From a virus: a stretch of 64,000 nt of DNA. Below are positions 18,393-27,020 of this stretch, piece by piece. The notes under the pieces were generated by a model that saw only the letters and a list, made by a program, of their open reading frames with translations, made no database searches and was not told where the DNA came from. Numbering within the stretch: position 1 is the stretch's first letter; each line of letters opens with the position of its first letter. The stretch lies in IMG/VR virus record IMGVR_UViG_3300012001_000009, positions 7,989 to 71,988 of that record. One strand, 5' to 3'. A program made the position numbers and the translations under genes.

Positions 18393-18640
18393 TTTTTGCC
18401 CCAAAAGTTATTGCCCGTATCGCCTTTAGCCCCAGTATCGCCTTTAGCGCCCTTGGCTCCTTTTTCGCCCTTATGACCGGAAGGTCCCTTATCTCCAGCT
18501 ATGCCAATTAGCACAATTGTTTTAGGAACAGTGGGTCGGCTGCCTTCGTATTTTACCGCAAGCCAGGCTGTAGCGGCTGAAGTTAAAATAAATACGGTTA
18601 ACATCATCTTAAAAACTGTTGGCAATTTGTTTTTCTTCAT
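18389..18640 (-). CDS. Membrane-anchored collagen-like protein
   Basis: N-terminal TM segment followed by about 10 Gly-X-Y triplets. Confidence 0.7.
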   Translation of the reverse strand: MKKNKLPTVFKMMLTVFILTSAATAWLAVKYEGSRPTVPKTIVLIGIAGDKGPSGHKGEKGAKGAKGDTGAKGDTGNNFWGKK

Positions 18641-18897
18641 TCAGGGCTCCCGTGCGAGAATAAGGTAATAAATATTTTTATCATCCATCCGCCCATACCG
18701 ATGACCATCGTCCCAAGCGTGATGATGCCCCATATCAAGGCTTTGTTTCGCTCGTCCTGCAAAGCCTTGATAGCAGCTGCATTTTCTCCGCACTCCTTTA
18801 TCAAAGCCTCGTCTGTAGCTTTGATATGCTCCTCCATTTGCGCCTGTTTTTGAACTAGGAGCGCGATATCTGTCTCCACTGATTGCTCATGTGCCAT
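18637..18897 (-). CDS. Holin-like protein (coiled coil plus C-terminal TM)
   Basis: First gene of the lysis cassette, RBS gagg, hydrophobic C-terminus. Confidence 0.6.
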   Translation of the reverse strand: MAHEQSVETDIALLVQKQAQMEEHIKATDEALIKECGENAAAIKALQDERNKALIWGIITLGTMVIGMGGWMIKIFITLFSHGSPE

Positions 18898-18922
18898 TTT
18901 AAGCCTCTTTTGTTGGTTGTTG

Positions 18923-19234
18923 TTAATTGCCTATTTTTGGAACGTTATTCAAGTGTGCAGCAACGGCTAAAACTTCAAGGCTGGCTTTTTGAGCGTCAAC
19001 CATTTCATTCCTGAACGATTCAACAGCGGCGGATGTACTTCTTTGTTGCATAGAGTTTTCAACCATGAGGATAGGCATCCACTCTATAGCGCAACCCCAT
19101 TCGTCAATTTGCTTTTCGGAGGTGGGGTCTTTTCCCGCCAGTTGTATATACCATCTGCATCGATGTATCTCGTCTCCAACTACTTTCTCACAATCAGAGC
19201 CTAACGGGCAAGTTTTTACAATCTTGATAGCCAT
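18923..19234 (-). CDS. Cys-rich protein downstream of the tail fibre
   Basis: CPLG..C...CRW and AAVESFRNEMV. Confidence 0.7.
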   Translation of the reverse strand: MAIKIVKTCPLGSDCEKVVGDEIHRCRWYIQLAGKDPTSEKQIDEWGCAIEWMPILMVENSMQQRSTSAAVESFRNEMVDAQKASLEVLAVAAHLNNVPKIGN

Positions 19235-19512
19235 TATAATGCCTCCCATTCTGAACCATTCCAAAAAAGCCGTTTGTGTTCAGGGGTATTTTCCAACGGG
19301 GGCACTAGCGTGGTGTTAGGCGGCATATGAATTTCCTCAACGTTAAGGTTTTTATGAAACTCATAACTGCCAATATACTGCATGTTGTCCCCGTACTGAT
19401 AGGCAGTAATCAGTCTGGGCTCTATCTCCAGGACGACTGCTGCAAAGGGTTCCACAGGTTCTTGCGCGGGCTCAGGATCCAGTTCTTCAACAGTATCAAT
19501 TTGGTTTTCCAT
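19234..19512 (-). CDS. Tail fibre assembly chaperone-like protein
   Basis: PPNTTLVPP and FWNGSEW; directly follows the fibre gene. Confidence 0.65.
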   Translation of the reverse strand: MENQIDTVEELDPEPAQEPVEPFAAVVLEIEPRLITAYQYGDNMQYIGSYEFHKNLNVEEIHMPPNTTLVPPLENTPEHKRLFWNGSEWEAL

Positions 19513-19521
19513 GGCGGTCCT

Positions 19522-21009
19522 TTAGTTCTTGGTACAGATAATCATGTTGATATAGCGGGGAACCCAATTCACCTGAGAGGATCCGTTATCAGTGCTGCCG
19601 CTATGAGTGTGGTTAGCACTAACGCCACCTGTAGATATGCCGGTGGCTGCATAGCTAAGATACGTACCCGAATATGAGCCACCTAGATAAATGCCAGTAG
19701 CGGTGCCATAGAGGCTAATCCCAGTGTACGCTCCATATATTCCAATGCCGGTGGTTGCTCCATTCGTTGCCCCGGTATACGTTTGTACGTCACCACTATC
19801 AGAAATACCATTTCCTGTGTTGTTCCTAGCCCTTACTATGATAGGGTGACTGTGCCCTGGATCGTTGACACTGTGCGAATGTGCTGGATCGTTGACACTG
19901 TGCGAATGTGTTGGATCGTTGACCACATGGTTGTGCCCTGGGTCATTCATCCCGTGAGTGTGCCCCGGATCAGATATTCCGTGGCTATGATCGTTGCTCA
20001 TGTAGCCGGTCGTGAAACCGTGCGTATGGCTAGGGACCACGTTGTTGATAGTAGGGTCGGAGCTACCTCCAACACCGCCCCCTGAGGTGGTTATAACGCG
20101 AAGCATCCGGTTATTCGCAGAGTCACTAACATCCTGCGTCCAGCCAGTCGGAGCCGCTGCTTGTGCAAACGGCATACGTGTGCCCGCCGCAAAGAACACG
20201 ATGGAATTTATTTGATTCTGAACGAAATGGTCGGTGGCTAATCTGTCACTAGCATCATTTAGCGCCTGGGTGACACCGGTTGATCCGCCAGGTATGTATA
20301 GGTTGCCGTTACTGGCCCATATCAAAATCCAATAATTTTGTGCAGCATCAAATACTAGTTCTCCTGTAAGTCCCCCGTAAATTTGTCCAGCTGTAAGCAA
20401 ACCTTGCCCAGCATTGATAATCACCCTCGGGGTCAATCCATCGGGTGAGAACGTCGAACTTCCAGTATTGGTATGCGCAAACCTAATGCGCTGCACTGTT
20501 CCGTCAACCAGTGTAGACGCAGTTAGTGGAACATGGTTTGTGGCGCTATACGCATTTGCAGAACCCGTATCAGGCAAGGTCTGATACATATCATTTTGCT
20601 TTACTGCGACCCACCCGATACCGCCACCTGTTTCTGGGGTATTGGTATTATTTTCAAGCGTATTTAGCCAGGTTACGCCCAAATAGTTCGGTGAGGCGAC
20701 ACTTGCTCCTTTAGGATAACCACCGATGGCAGTTGCAAATGCGGAATCCCACGGGATTGAACCACCTGCATTTTGCCAACGGTTCCACGCGCTAATCTGA
20801 TTAAGGATCCCGTTAAAATCAGCGCCTGACGGCGGGATGCCGCCCGATGCCACAGGTACATCGTTCAAGGGTGGGAAACCGTCTGTGAGCGATGCTGCGC
20901 CCGGCGTAATCGGGATTTGCGAAGCGACAGGGATGCTTCTAATGTATCCTGCCCCGGCACTATTTGCAAACGGGATGGAAAACTTTGTAGGTATGTTACT
21001 GGATTGCAT
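19522..21009 (-). CDS. Tail fibre protein with His-repeat needle tip
   Basis: N-terminal GFPPLN..P...GGIPPSGADFNGIL anchor, collar motif FAQAAAPTGW and HxH repeats. Confidence 0.88.
   Translation of the reverse strand: MQSSNIPTKFSIPFANSAGAGYIRSIPVASQIPITPGAASLTDGFPPLNDVPVASGGIPPSGADFNGILNQISAWNRWQNAGGSIPWDSAFATAIGGYPKGASVASPNYLGVTWLNTLENNTNTPETGGGIGWVAVKQNDMYQTLPDTGSANAYSATNHVPLTASTLVDGTVQRIRFAHTNTGSSTFSPDGLTPRVIINAGQGLLTAGQIYGGLTGELVFDAAQNYWILIWASNGNLYIPGGSTGVTQALNDASDRLATDHFVQNQINSIVFFAAGTRMPFAQAAAPTGWTQDVSDSANNRMLRVITTSGGGVGGSSDPTINNVVPSHTHGFTTGYMSNDHSHGISDPGHTHGMNDPGHNHVVNDPTHSHSVNDPAHSHSVNDPGHSHPIIVRARNNTGNGISDSGDVQTYTGATNGATTGIGIYGAYTGISLYGTATGIYLGGSYSGTYLSYAATGISTGGVSANHTHSGSTDNGSSQVNWVPRYINMIICTKN
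19850..19990 (-). repeat. 27-bp coding tandem repeats (HSHSVNDPx)
   Basis: ggatcgttgacactgtgcgaatgtg occurs twice, with further degenerate copies. Confidence 0.85.
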
Positions 21010-21021
21010 TTGAGTGCCCTA

Positions 21022-21645
21022 TTAAAGTTGAACGTAGGTTAAAGACACACCTGATGGACGAGGCAAAACATTTGAATTTAATACTATCGAACCTTCCAAG
21101 GGAGACAATATCCAACCGAATACATACTCCATAGTCATGTTTTCCCCGTCGGTTACGTAAGCAATCTTTCCCGGAAATAAAAGCTGCAATATCGCGTTAA
21201 GGCCGGGTATCGAACCATCCCATATGTTCGCAGCCGCTTTTGCGTATATCAGCAACCTAAACCCGTCGTCAGACAATGCAAAGTTACTGGTTAGATGCTG
21301 GCCTAGATAAAAGGGTGATTGCCCGAAAGGGTCGGCACTGATTGTCGTGGCTTCAGAAAAGCCAAAATACTTGGTGGTGCTAATTGCAAGAATACGATTG
21401 ACTCCGACAATCCTGCCCCATACGTCTAACCCGTATCCTACAGCGGAGCCTACATCCCACACAAAATCTTGGAAATTTTCTATTTTACCTGTTGGGTCGA
21501 TACATTGGGAAAAATTATCGATCAACCCCATTAAAATTGGGCTATTGGCATATTGGCTTAATATTGTTTTAGTGTAGTCAAACTGCATAGTCCCTATGGA
21601 ACTATCGCCAATAGCGAATTCTCCGATGCTGCGCACAGGTAACAT
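21022..21645 (-). CDS. Baseplate protein (DUF2612-like)
   Basis: Motifs SQYANSP, GYGLDVWGRIVGV and LPRPSGV. Confidence 0.8.
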   Translation of the reverse strand: MLPVRSIGEFAIGDSSIGTMQFDYTKTILSQYANSPILMGLIDNFSQCIDPTGKIENFQDFVWDVGSAVGYGLDVWGRIVGVNRILAISTTKYFGFSEATTISADPFGQSPFYLGQHLTSNFALSDDGFRLLIYAKAAANIWDGSIPGLNAILQLLFPGKIAYVTDGENMTMEYVFGWILSPLEGSIVLNSNVLPRPSGVSLTYVQL

Positions 21646-21647
21646 GA

Positions 21648-22454
21648 TTACCGAATCCTTCTAGCACGAATATTCCCAAAGCTAGTTAATGTGCTGGCAC
21701 TGAATACCGCTTTATCAACTAGATAAATAGTGGTCGATACTGCTAAACTGATTCTTACTACAGGGCATGGAAACGTTTCGTATTGCGCGCCCGGAACGTT
21801 TGGAGCAGTAGCCCATTGCCCGAATGTCCCGGCGGCACCTAGCGTGGACGATACAGTAGATATACCGTACCCTAATAGGGTAATACTGGTTGTGGCAGTT
21901 GGAACAAAGGTAACCACCCCAGTTACATCCCAATCACCAGGTGTTAGCGCCACGGAGGTTATGTTGCTTGTGACGCCAGTGGCTAAGGTGTTTGATGAAC
22001 TTAGCGTAACGTATTCCCCGACACCGCCCACTTGCACACTGTCATTCGTGGTTGTTCCCGTAATACCGACTGTTTGATTTGGAACAATAGCGCCAGGGAT
22101 AAGTAAGGGATTTGACGCGGTTGCAATAGACAGCGCATGAGTGCCCGTGAAATAGGGAATAGCATTTGCGGATCCAGTTAGTGCAGATATAGAATCTAAC
22201 GCTGTACTCCAGGCTTGTACATTTGACCCTATTTGAATCCCTAGATTAGACTGTGCTCCAGGAACAGTGGTCGCGCCAGTGCCCCCTGACGATACAGGTA
22301 TTCCACCTGGCGCGTAATCCATTTTTGAGCCAAAATACCCGTTCCACTGCGCTGTAGAAGGGACTTGCCCAAATACAAAACCTGGAGTGGATTGCGCAGA
22401 TACAAAAATAGGTATTAGCAAAAACACCAGAGCGAGCTTGATTTTGTTAAACAT
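21648..22454 (-). CDS. Fibre-like protein with an apparent N-terminal signal peptide
   Basis: Starts MFNKIKLALVFLLIPIFVSA; contains GGTGATT...AQSNLG fibre motif and C-terminal LTPGDWDV beta domain. Confidence 0.65.
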   Translation of the reverse strand: MFNKIKLALVFLLIPIFVSAQSTPGFVFGQVPSTAQWNGYFGSKMDYAPGGIPVSSGGTGATTVPGAQSNLGIQIGSNVQAWSTALDSISALTGSANAIPYFTGTHALSIATASNPLLIPGAIVPNQTVGITGTTTNDSVQVGGVGEYVTLSSSNTLATGVTSNITSVALTPGDWDVTGVVTFVPTATTSITLLGYGISTVSSTLGAAGTFGQWATAPNVPGAQYETFPCPVVRISLAVSTTIYLVDKAVFSASTLTSFGNIRARRIR

Positions 22455-22463
22455 GAAAATTCC

Positions 22464-24119
22464 TTAAGTAATGATTACGTTTATGTATGCGGCTGCCGTT
22501 GTTGGCATTTGGTTTATCAGTGCCTGCACAGAGGTGGCTAACACTGAAAAAGAATTCATAGATTCACTGCTAACTGTTTGAGGTACTGACACCATATACG
22601 TGCCAGCACCTCCTGCGGAACCTGTTAGCTGACTTAAAATCGTAGTTCCGGCGGCAACACCAGTGCCAGAGATAACCTCATTTGTAACCAACGAACCAGA
22701 GGATATACCTGTTACTGTCAAAACACCTGTAGGTGCAATTGATCCAGTAAATACGCATGACGGTATTTGCGAGGATGCACCCATTGTTAGATTCAACAAG
22801 CCCGAGACTGCCCATGGACCTAAATTCGTTACACCTCCGTAGAAACGACTAGCCAATATGTTTCCGCCGATCTGTGCAGAAGGCCCTCCGTCGTCTCCTA
22901 TAAAAGAATTCAATATCGCCGCTTGAATTAGTGCAGGCGCATTGGACGGAACTGCTGGACTGTTTTTAATCGATACTGCGAAGAATATAGAAATGTTATT
23001 GGGTATTTGAAACGTAACACTATAGGGAATTCCCGGCGATACGTATGGAAAACTTGCATCATACACAGTGATGGTGGTGTTGCCTGTGTAACCGCATCCC
23101 AAATTCTTTTTGGACCATATCGCTGTCGCGATAGCAGTAGGGTCACCGCCAACCGCTGCGACATAAAGAGAATTGGGCGCTATCGATACACCACCCAAGC
23201 TTATCGTCTCGCTCGCGATAGAAAGGGAGCTAGAAATGTTGTAGGTGCCTGTCCCACCGCTTCCGCTGCCTAAGCTGGTTATATGAACCCCGAAAGGTAT
23301 GTTTGGTCCCACTACTGCTGCGCCTACTTGAATCGCAGAGGCCCCAGCAACAAGACTAGCAACTGTTAAAACTGTTCCAGCAATCGATCCGGTGCATGTT
23401 GCTTGTGCGCCAACAGCAATAGGGCTTGATGTAGAATTGTCCTGCACATACGCGCATAAGACATTAGGAACTTGATACACGGCAGCGCAAATAGCTGCAT
23501 TGGTGCTTTTTGAATTCAAAGCCACTGACGCTGCGCGGCGAGCCTCGAATGCTGCTCGCGTCTCCACATTATCGCCAAGTGCGCCAGCTGTTGGGTTATT
23601 TACACTATCCCATCCAGGTATCGCTTTGTATATCGCGTTCAACGAGTTTGCAGAACAGCTAATAGGGCCAGTCACGGCTCCTTGGAATTCTAACGATATA
23701 CTGCCTGATACGGGAATCGTGCCGCCCGTTACAGCATTGTACAAATTACCTGCCGTATCTATTGCTACTGTTCCAGCAGGGATTACAGTTCCAGCAAGTC
23801 CAGTGCATACTGCTACCACGCTAGTAGCTTGCGCGGGCTTTCTCGTCATAAAATAGATTCTGCCGATAGCATCTTGCATTCGCCCAGTGGCATACGCAGG
23901 ATCCACCCCATTAGCCAATGCTAAATATTGGTCGTTGCAATTCCCTATGATCGCGGTAAGACTTTGCGCCAGTTGACCCTGCGGCGTAGTCAAAGATGGA
24001 TTTAAATTGCCTCCAAACGCTGCGTTATTGTCGGCTATAGCACCGGTTAATATGTCTGCCTCGCTTGGGGCGACAAAGCCATTTGGCCCGAAGGTAGGCA
24101 TTGGAACGTTAGTAGTCAT
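22464..24119 (-). CDS. Baseplate J-like wedge protein with two inserted domains
   Basis: TPQGQLA and GRMQDAIGRIYF; position in the baseplate cluster. Confidence 0.85.
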   Translation of the reverse strand: MTTNVPMPTFGPNGFVAPSEADILTGAIADNNAAFGGNLNPSLTTPQGQLAQSLTAIIGNCNDQYLALANGVDPAYATGRMQDAIGRIYFMTRKPAQATSVVAVCTGLAGTVIPAGTVAIDTAGNLYNAVTGGTIPVSGSISLEFQGAVTGPISCSANSLNAIYKAIPGWDSVNNPTAGALGDNVETRAAFEARRAASVALNSKSTNAAICAAVYQVPNVLCAYVQDNSTSSPIAVGAQATCTGSIAGTVLTVASLVAGASAIQVGAAVVGPNIPFGVHITSLGSGSGGTGTYNISSSLSIASETISLGGVSIAPNSLYVAAVGGDPTAIATAIWSKKNLGCGYTGNTTITVYDASFPYVSPGIPYSVTFQIPNNISIFFAVSIKNSPAVPSNAPALIQAAILNSFIGDDGGPSAQIGGNILASRFYGGVTNLGPWAVSGLLNLTMGASSQIPSCVFTGSIAPTGVLTVTGISSGSLVTNEVISGTGVAAGTTILSQLTGSAGGAGTYMVSVPQTVSSESMNSFSVLATSVQALINQMPTTAAAYINVIIT

Positions 24120-24130
24120 AATATAGTGTT

Positions 24131-24496
24131 CTATGGTTTATTGGTGAAAAAACCTGCCACTGAGGACAACCCTGCATTGTTGGTAACTTGAACCTGCCCT
24201 GTCAAAATACGATCTTTGAAGGACGTAAAAAATACTTGTGCCGCTACTATTTCTGGCACCGTTAATGCAGCGTTAGCAAACTTGGTCCGCATTAACGCAA
24301 TCGGAGGAAGTTTGCCAAGGATATTAGCCCAGTAGGGAACTCCTTGGGCAGTATCGTAGTAACACTCCCCGCTAAACGTTTTGATGGCACTAGCAGCGTC
24401 CTGAGCCAGCGCGTAACCGTCTGTAGCCATCGCGATGTTCCCCGAACTGTCGATGGCAAAATCCCAAGTCTTTGGGACTAAAAACAAAGTGTTCAA
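24131..24496 (-). CDS. Baseplate wedge / sheath initiator protein
   Basis: WD...DSSGNIA and GECYYDT.QGVPY; lies between spike and J genes. Confidence 0.7.
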   Translation of the reverse strand: MNTLFLVPKTWDFAIDSSGNIAMATDGYALAQDAASAIKTFSGECYYDTAQGVPYWANILGKLPPIALMRTKFANAALTVPEIVAAQVFFTSFKDRILTGQVQVTNNAGLSSVAGFFTNKP

Positions 24497-25263
24497 TTAG
24501 GTCCTCCTGTAGTGCCACCTTGTGGGTCATTGTGCGTATGTGTGGCCACACTCTTGCCTTCTGCTGTAACGTCGTTAGTTACGACAACAGGGCCTTTCAT
24601 AGAGGCTGCTCCGCCACCTGCGCCAAGACCTTGCGATAGCGAGCCGTTCAAGAACGTGGCACCATTTACAGTGAATGTCGGTGTTGTTATTGTCGCTGCG
24701 GTAGTGGCATTTAATTCAAACGTCTTGCAATTGATATTTACATCAGGCGCGTTCAGAGAAATAGCTGTTGGAGAAGTTATATTTATTCCAGCTTCACTGA
24801 ATTCTATCCATTGCACGGGTACGCCATTCAACACGCCACCTATATACAAGCCATCCGCCATATCAAATTTTCTACGGCTACCTGGAGTGGCTTGTTTTTT
24901 TGTGGCAGTTACTGTAGATATGTCCCTATCTGCGAACAACGCTATACCTATATCTCCAACCTTAGGGTCCAATATGATTGCATCGGTTCCCCCTTGAAGT
25001 CTAAAATACGGACATTTGTAAATAGTCGCATGAGGTTCAGAATTCCAGTTTCCGTCGATTTGATTAACTAGCGGCAGAATGTCTACAAAACCCACGGGAG
25101 ACACGGAACCTGCGTTAGTTACTTTCACCACCTTTACTAACGTGGCAGTGTGAATTTTAGATAAAATCGCCCATATTAAAAAGCTCTGGGCATTGAAGTC
25201 AGTGGAGGTATCTTCAGGTTGTAGAAACCCTGCGTACCCGTCGCCATTATTTTGAATTCCCAT
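24493..25263 (-). CDS. Baseplate central spike (Gp138/gpV-like)
   Basis: PKVGDIG...ADRDIS and C-terminal HTH metal-binding tip (ATHTHND). Confidence 0.85.
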   Translation of the reverse strand: MGIQNNGDGYAGFLQPEDTSTDFNAQSFLIWAILSKIHTATLVKVVKVTNAGSVSPVGFVDILPLVNQIDGNWNSEPHATIYKCPYFRLQGGTDAIILDPKVGDIGIALFADRDISTVTATKKQATPGSRRKFDMADGLYIGGVLNGVPVQWIEFSEAGINITSPTAISLNAPDVNINCKTFELNATTAATITTPTFTVNGATFLNGSLSQGLGAGGGAASMKGPVVVTNDVTAEGKSVATHTHNDPQGGTTGGPN

Positions 25264-26128
25264 AGGGGACCACTCCGTTAAACTGTGTGAACCATTGCCC
25301 GTTGGGTGTTTCACTCTCCAGATTATGTTCGATCTGTAAAGCGGTCCATGTTCTATTGGCTACCTCGAGGTCGCTAACTACCTTCACCAAATTGCCGATT
25401 CTAAGTAGCGGATTAAATCGTGTTTTAAAAGTCAAACCACCTGTTCCTGATGAGAACGACGGATACCCGATTAACCCGCTACCTGCGGAAATTTCAACAA
25501 CCTCACCTTTTCGGGACGCGCCGATAGGCCATATGGCTAAAGTCGTCTCGTTTTCTATATACGCGTTTATGTGAGCAGCGCGACGGCAGGCTTCTATTTG
25601 ATCTTTAATCGTTCCTGGAAAATAAGGAGTAGACAGAATTACCGATACCCCGTTATTCTCAAACGTATATCCTGCTTGTGCCGCCAAGTTCTGCATTATA
25701 ACTGCGGCATCTGCTGTATCTGGATATGTCGATGGAGGGATTGGCTTAACTCCGATAAACGATCCCGCCACTGCCACAACATTCAAAGCGGCAAAAGGAG
25801 GATTGCTCAAATCGATTTGCCCTAGGTTTATCTGACCTTTAAAAACAATAGCTAAGGCTGAATCCATATCCCCAGCTTCAATCAATATGGTGTTATTGCG
25901 TTGGATAATAGGATTCGGGTCTACATTTAGCGCCGAGAGTTGATTCATTACAGATTTGGTCAATCCATAGACTTTTACTTGCGCCGTTCCACCCTGAAGT
26001 CCGTGGGTTTGAATTATGGCAGCGTCAACTCGGCAATTGCTAACTTTTACTGTATTGGATCCCCCTTCGCCAAAACTACCCGTGCCCAGTCGGAAAGTAA
26101 GATCGATCCTTTTTCTTATAAAGGCCAT
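25247..26128 (-). CDS. Baseplate hub protein
   Basis: 293 aa between the adaptor and spike genes. Confidence 0.7.
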   Translation of the reverse strand: MAFIRKRIDLTFRLGTGSFGEGGSNTVKVSNCRVDAAIIQTHGLQGGTAQVKVYGLTKSVMNQLSALNVDPNPIIQRNNTILIEAGDMDSALAIVFKGQINLGQIDLSNPPFAALNVVAVAGSFIGVKPIPPSTYPDTADAAVIMQNLAAQAGYTFENNGVSVILSTPYFPGTIKDQIEACRRAAHINAYIENETTLAIWPIGASRKGEVVEISAGSGLIGYPSFSSGTGGLTFKTRFNPLLRIGNLVKVVSDLEVANRTWTALQIEHNLESETPNGQWFTQFNGVVPYGNSK

Positions 26129-26439
26129 TACGCAAGGTTAGCAATATCTGCTAACTCCAGATAGTAAAACAAGAATCGGCTACCTAGCCCAGGGCTAGAC
26201 GGGTCGTCAGAACCTTGCATATCTTGGAACATGAAATCTCCCAGAAAGCCTAAATATCTATCCCTAACTAATCGATTCAAATTTTCGCAGATAACACCAG
26301 CGTTCAATAGAACATCGTTTAGGTAAAGATCAAAGTACAAGCCTGTTGCTTTTTGATATAGGTTTATTCGGCAATATTGCCCGCCCGCTGTGGTGGTTAG
26401 CGTTTGAGAATAAACGTCATTGATTGGGATCAATCTCAT
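26128..26439 (-). CDS. Baseplate adaptor protein
   Basis: YLGFLGDFMFQD; position in the cluster. Confidence 0.65.
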   Translation of the reverse strand: MRLIPINDVYSQTLTTTAGGQYCRINLYQKATGLYFDLYLNDVLLNAGVICENLNRLVRDRYLGFLGDFMFQDMQGSDDPSSPGLGSRFLFYYLELADIANLA

Positions 26440-27020
26440 TGGATTATCTCCTCACCTGGAGACAGAGAATCACCTGGTTGCACCGTTCCACCGTTTATGA
26501 TAGAGGCACCACTAGGCGCGATAGTTTTTGAAAAGCTTTGCGTGGCAGTTAGCATAACCTCGTTTAAAACAATGTCAGCGGTAATCATACCCGCGCCATT
26601 TTGCGAAGTGCGCTTATATTCGTATGTGGTCACATTCGCGTTCTCATATACCTTTTCCGGTGTGACCACATCGTAGAGGTCTAATGATTGCGCAATCGTC
26701 TCCAAATTATCTAAAAACATTTGACGATCTGACGCCGAGCCCCCTTTAGCCATGCGAACATGCGCGATGTACGGAGTTTTAACCTTGTTGTAACTCTCAA
26801 ATGCGCCTTGTTCCACAGGGTAATCAGCCAACCTCCACTCCCCTCTAAAGGAAACTTCGACAACCGAATCCGCTAAGAGTATCGGACTATCGCCAGAATA
26901 GATGCCCCATTGTGGCGCGCTTATCATGGACAAAATCTGCGGAGCATCGGCTAACAATAAGGTAATGGTGTTATTTACCTGTAGCGCATGATTTAGCAGT
27001 GATGGGATGCCGAAGGCCAT
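26436..27020 (-). CDS. Tail tube initiator / Dit-like protein
   Basis: DYPVEQGAFESYNKV; follows the tape measure gene. Confidence 0.7.
   Translation of the reverse strand: MAFGIPSLLNHALQVNNTITLLLADAPQILSMISAPQWGIYSGDSPILLADSVVEVSFRGEWRLADYPVEQGAFESYNKVKTPYIAHVRMAKGGSASDRQMFLDNLETIAQSLDLYDVVTPEKVYENANVTTYEYKRTSQNGAGMITADIVLNEVMLTATQSFSKTIAPSGASIINGGTVQPGDSLSPGEEIIQ

Noticed and set aside
19850-19990. 27-bp direct repeats resembling a CRISPR array
   Set aside because: The repeats are contiguous with no unique spacers and encode in-frame His nonamers of the tail fibre.
19522-22454. Diversity-generating retroelement acting on the fibres
   Set aside because: No reverse transcriptase and no template/variable repeat pair were seen in the window.
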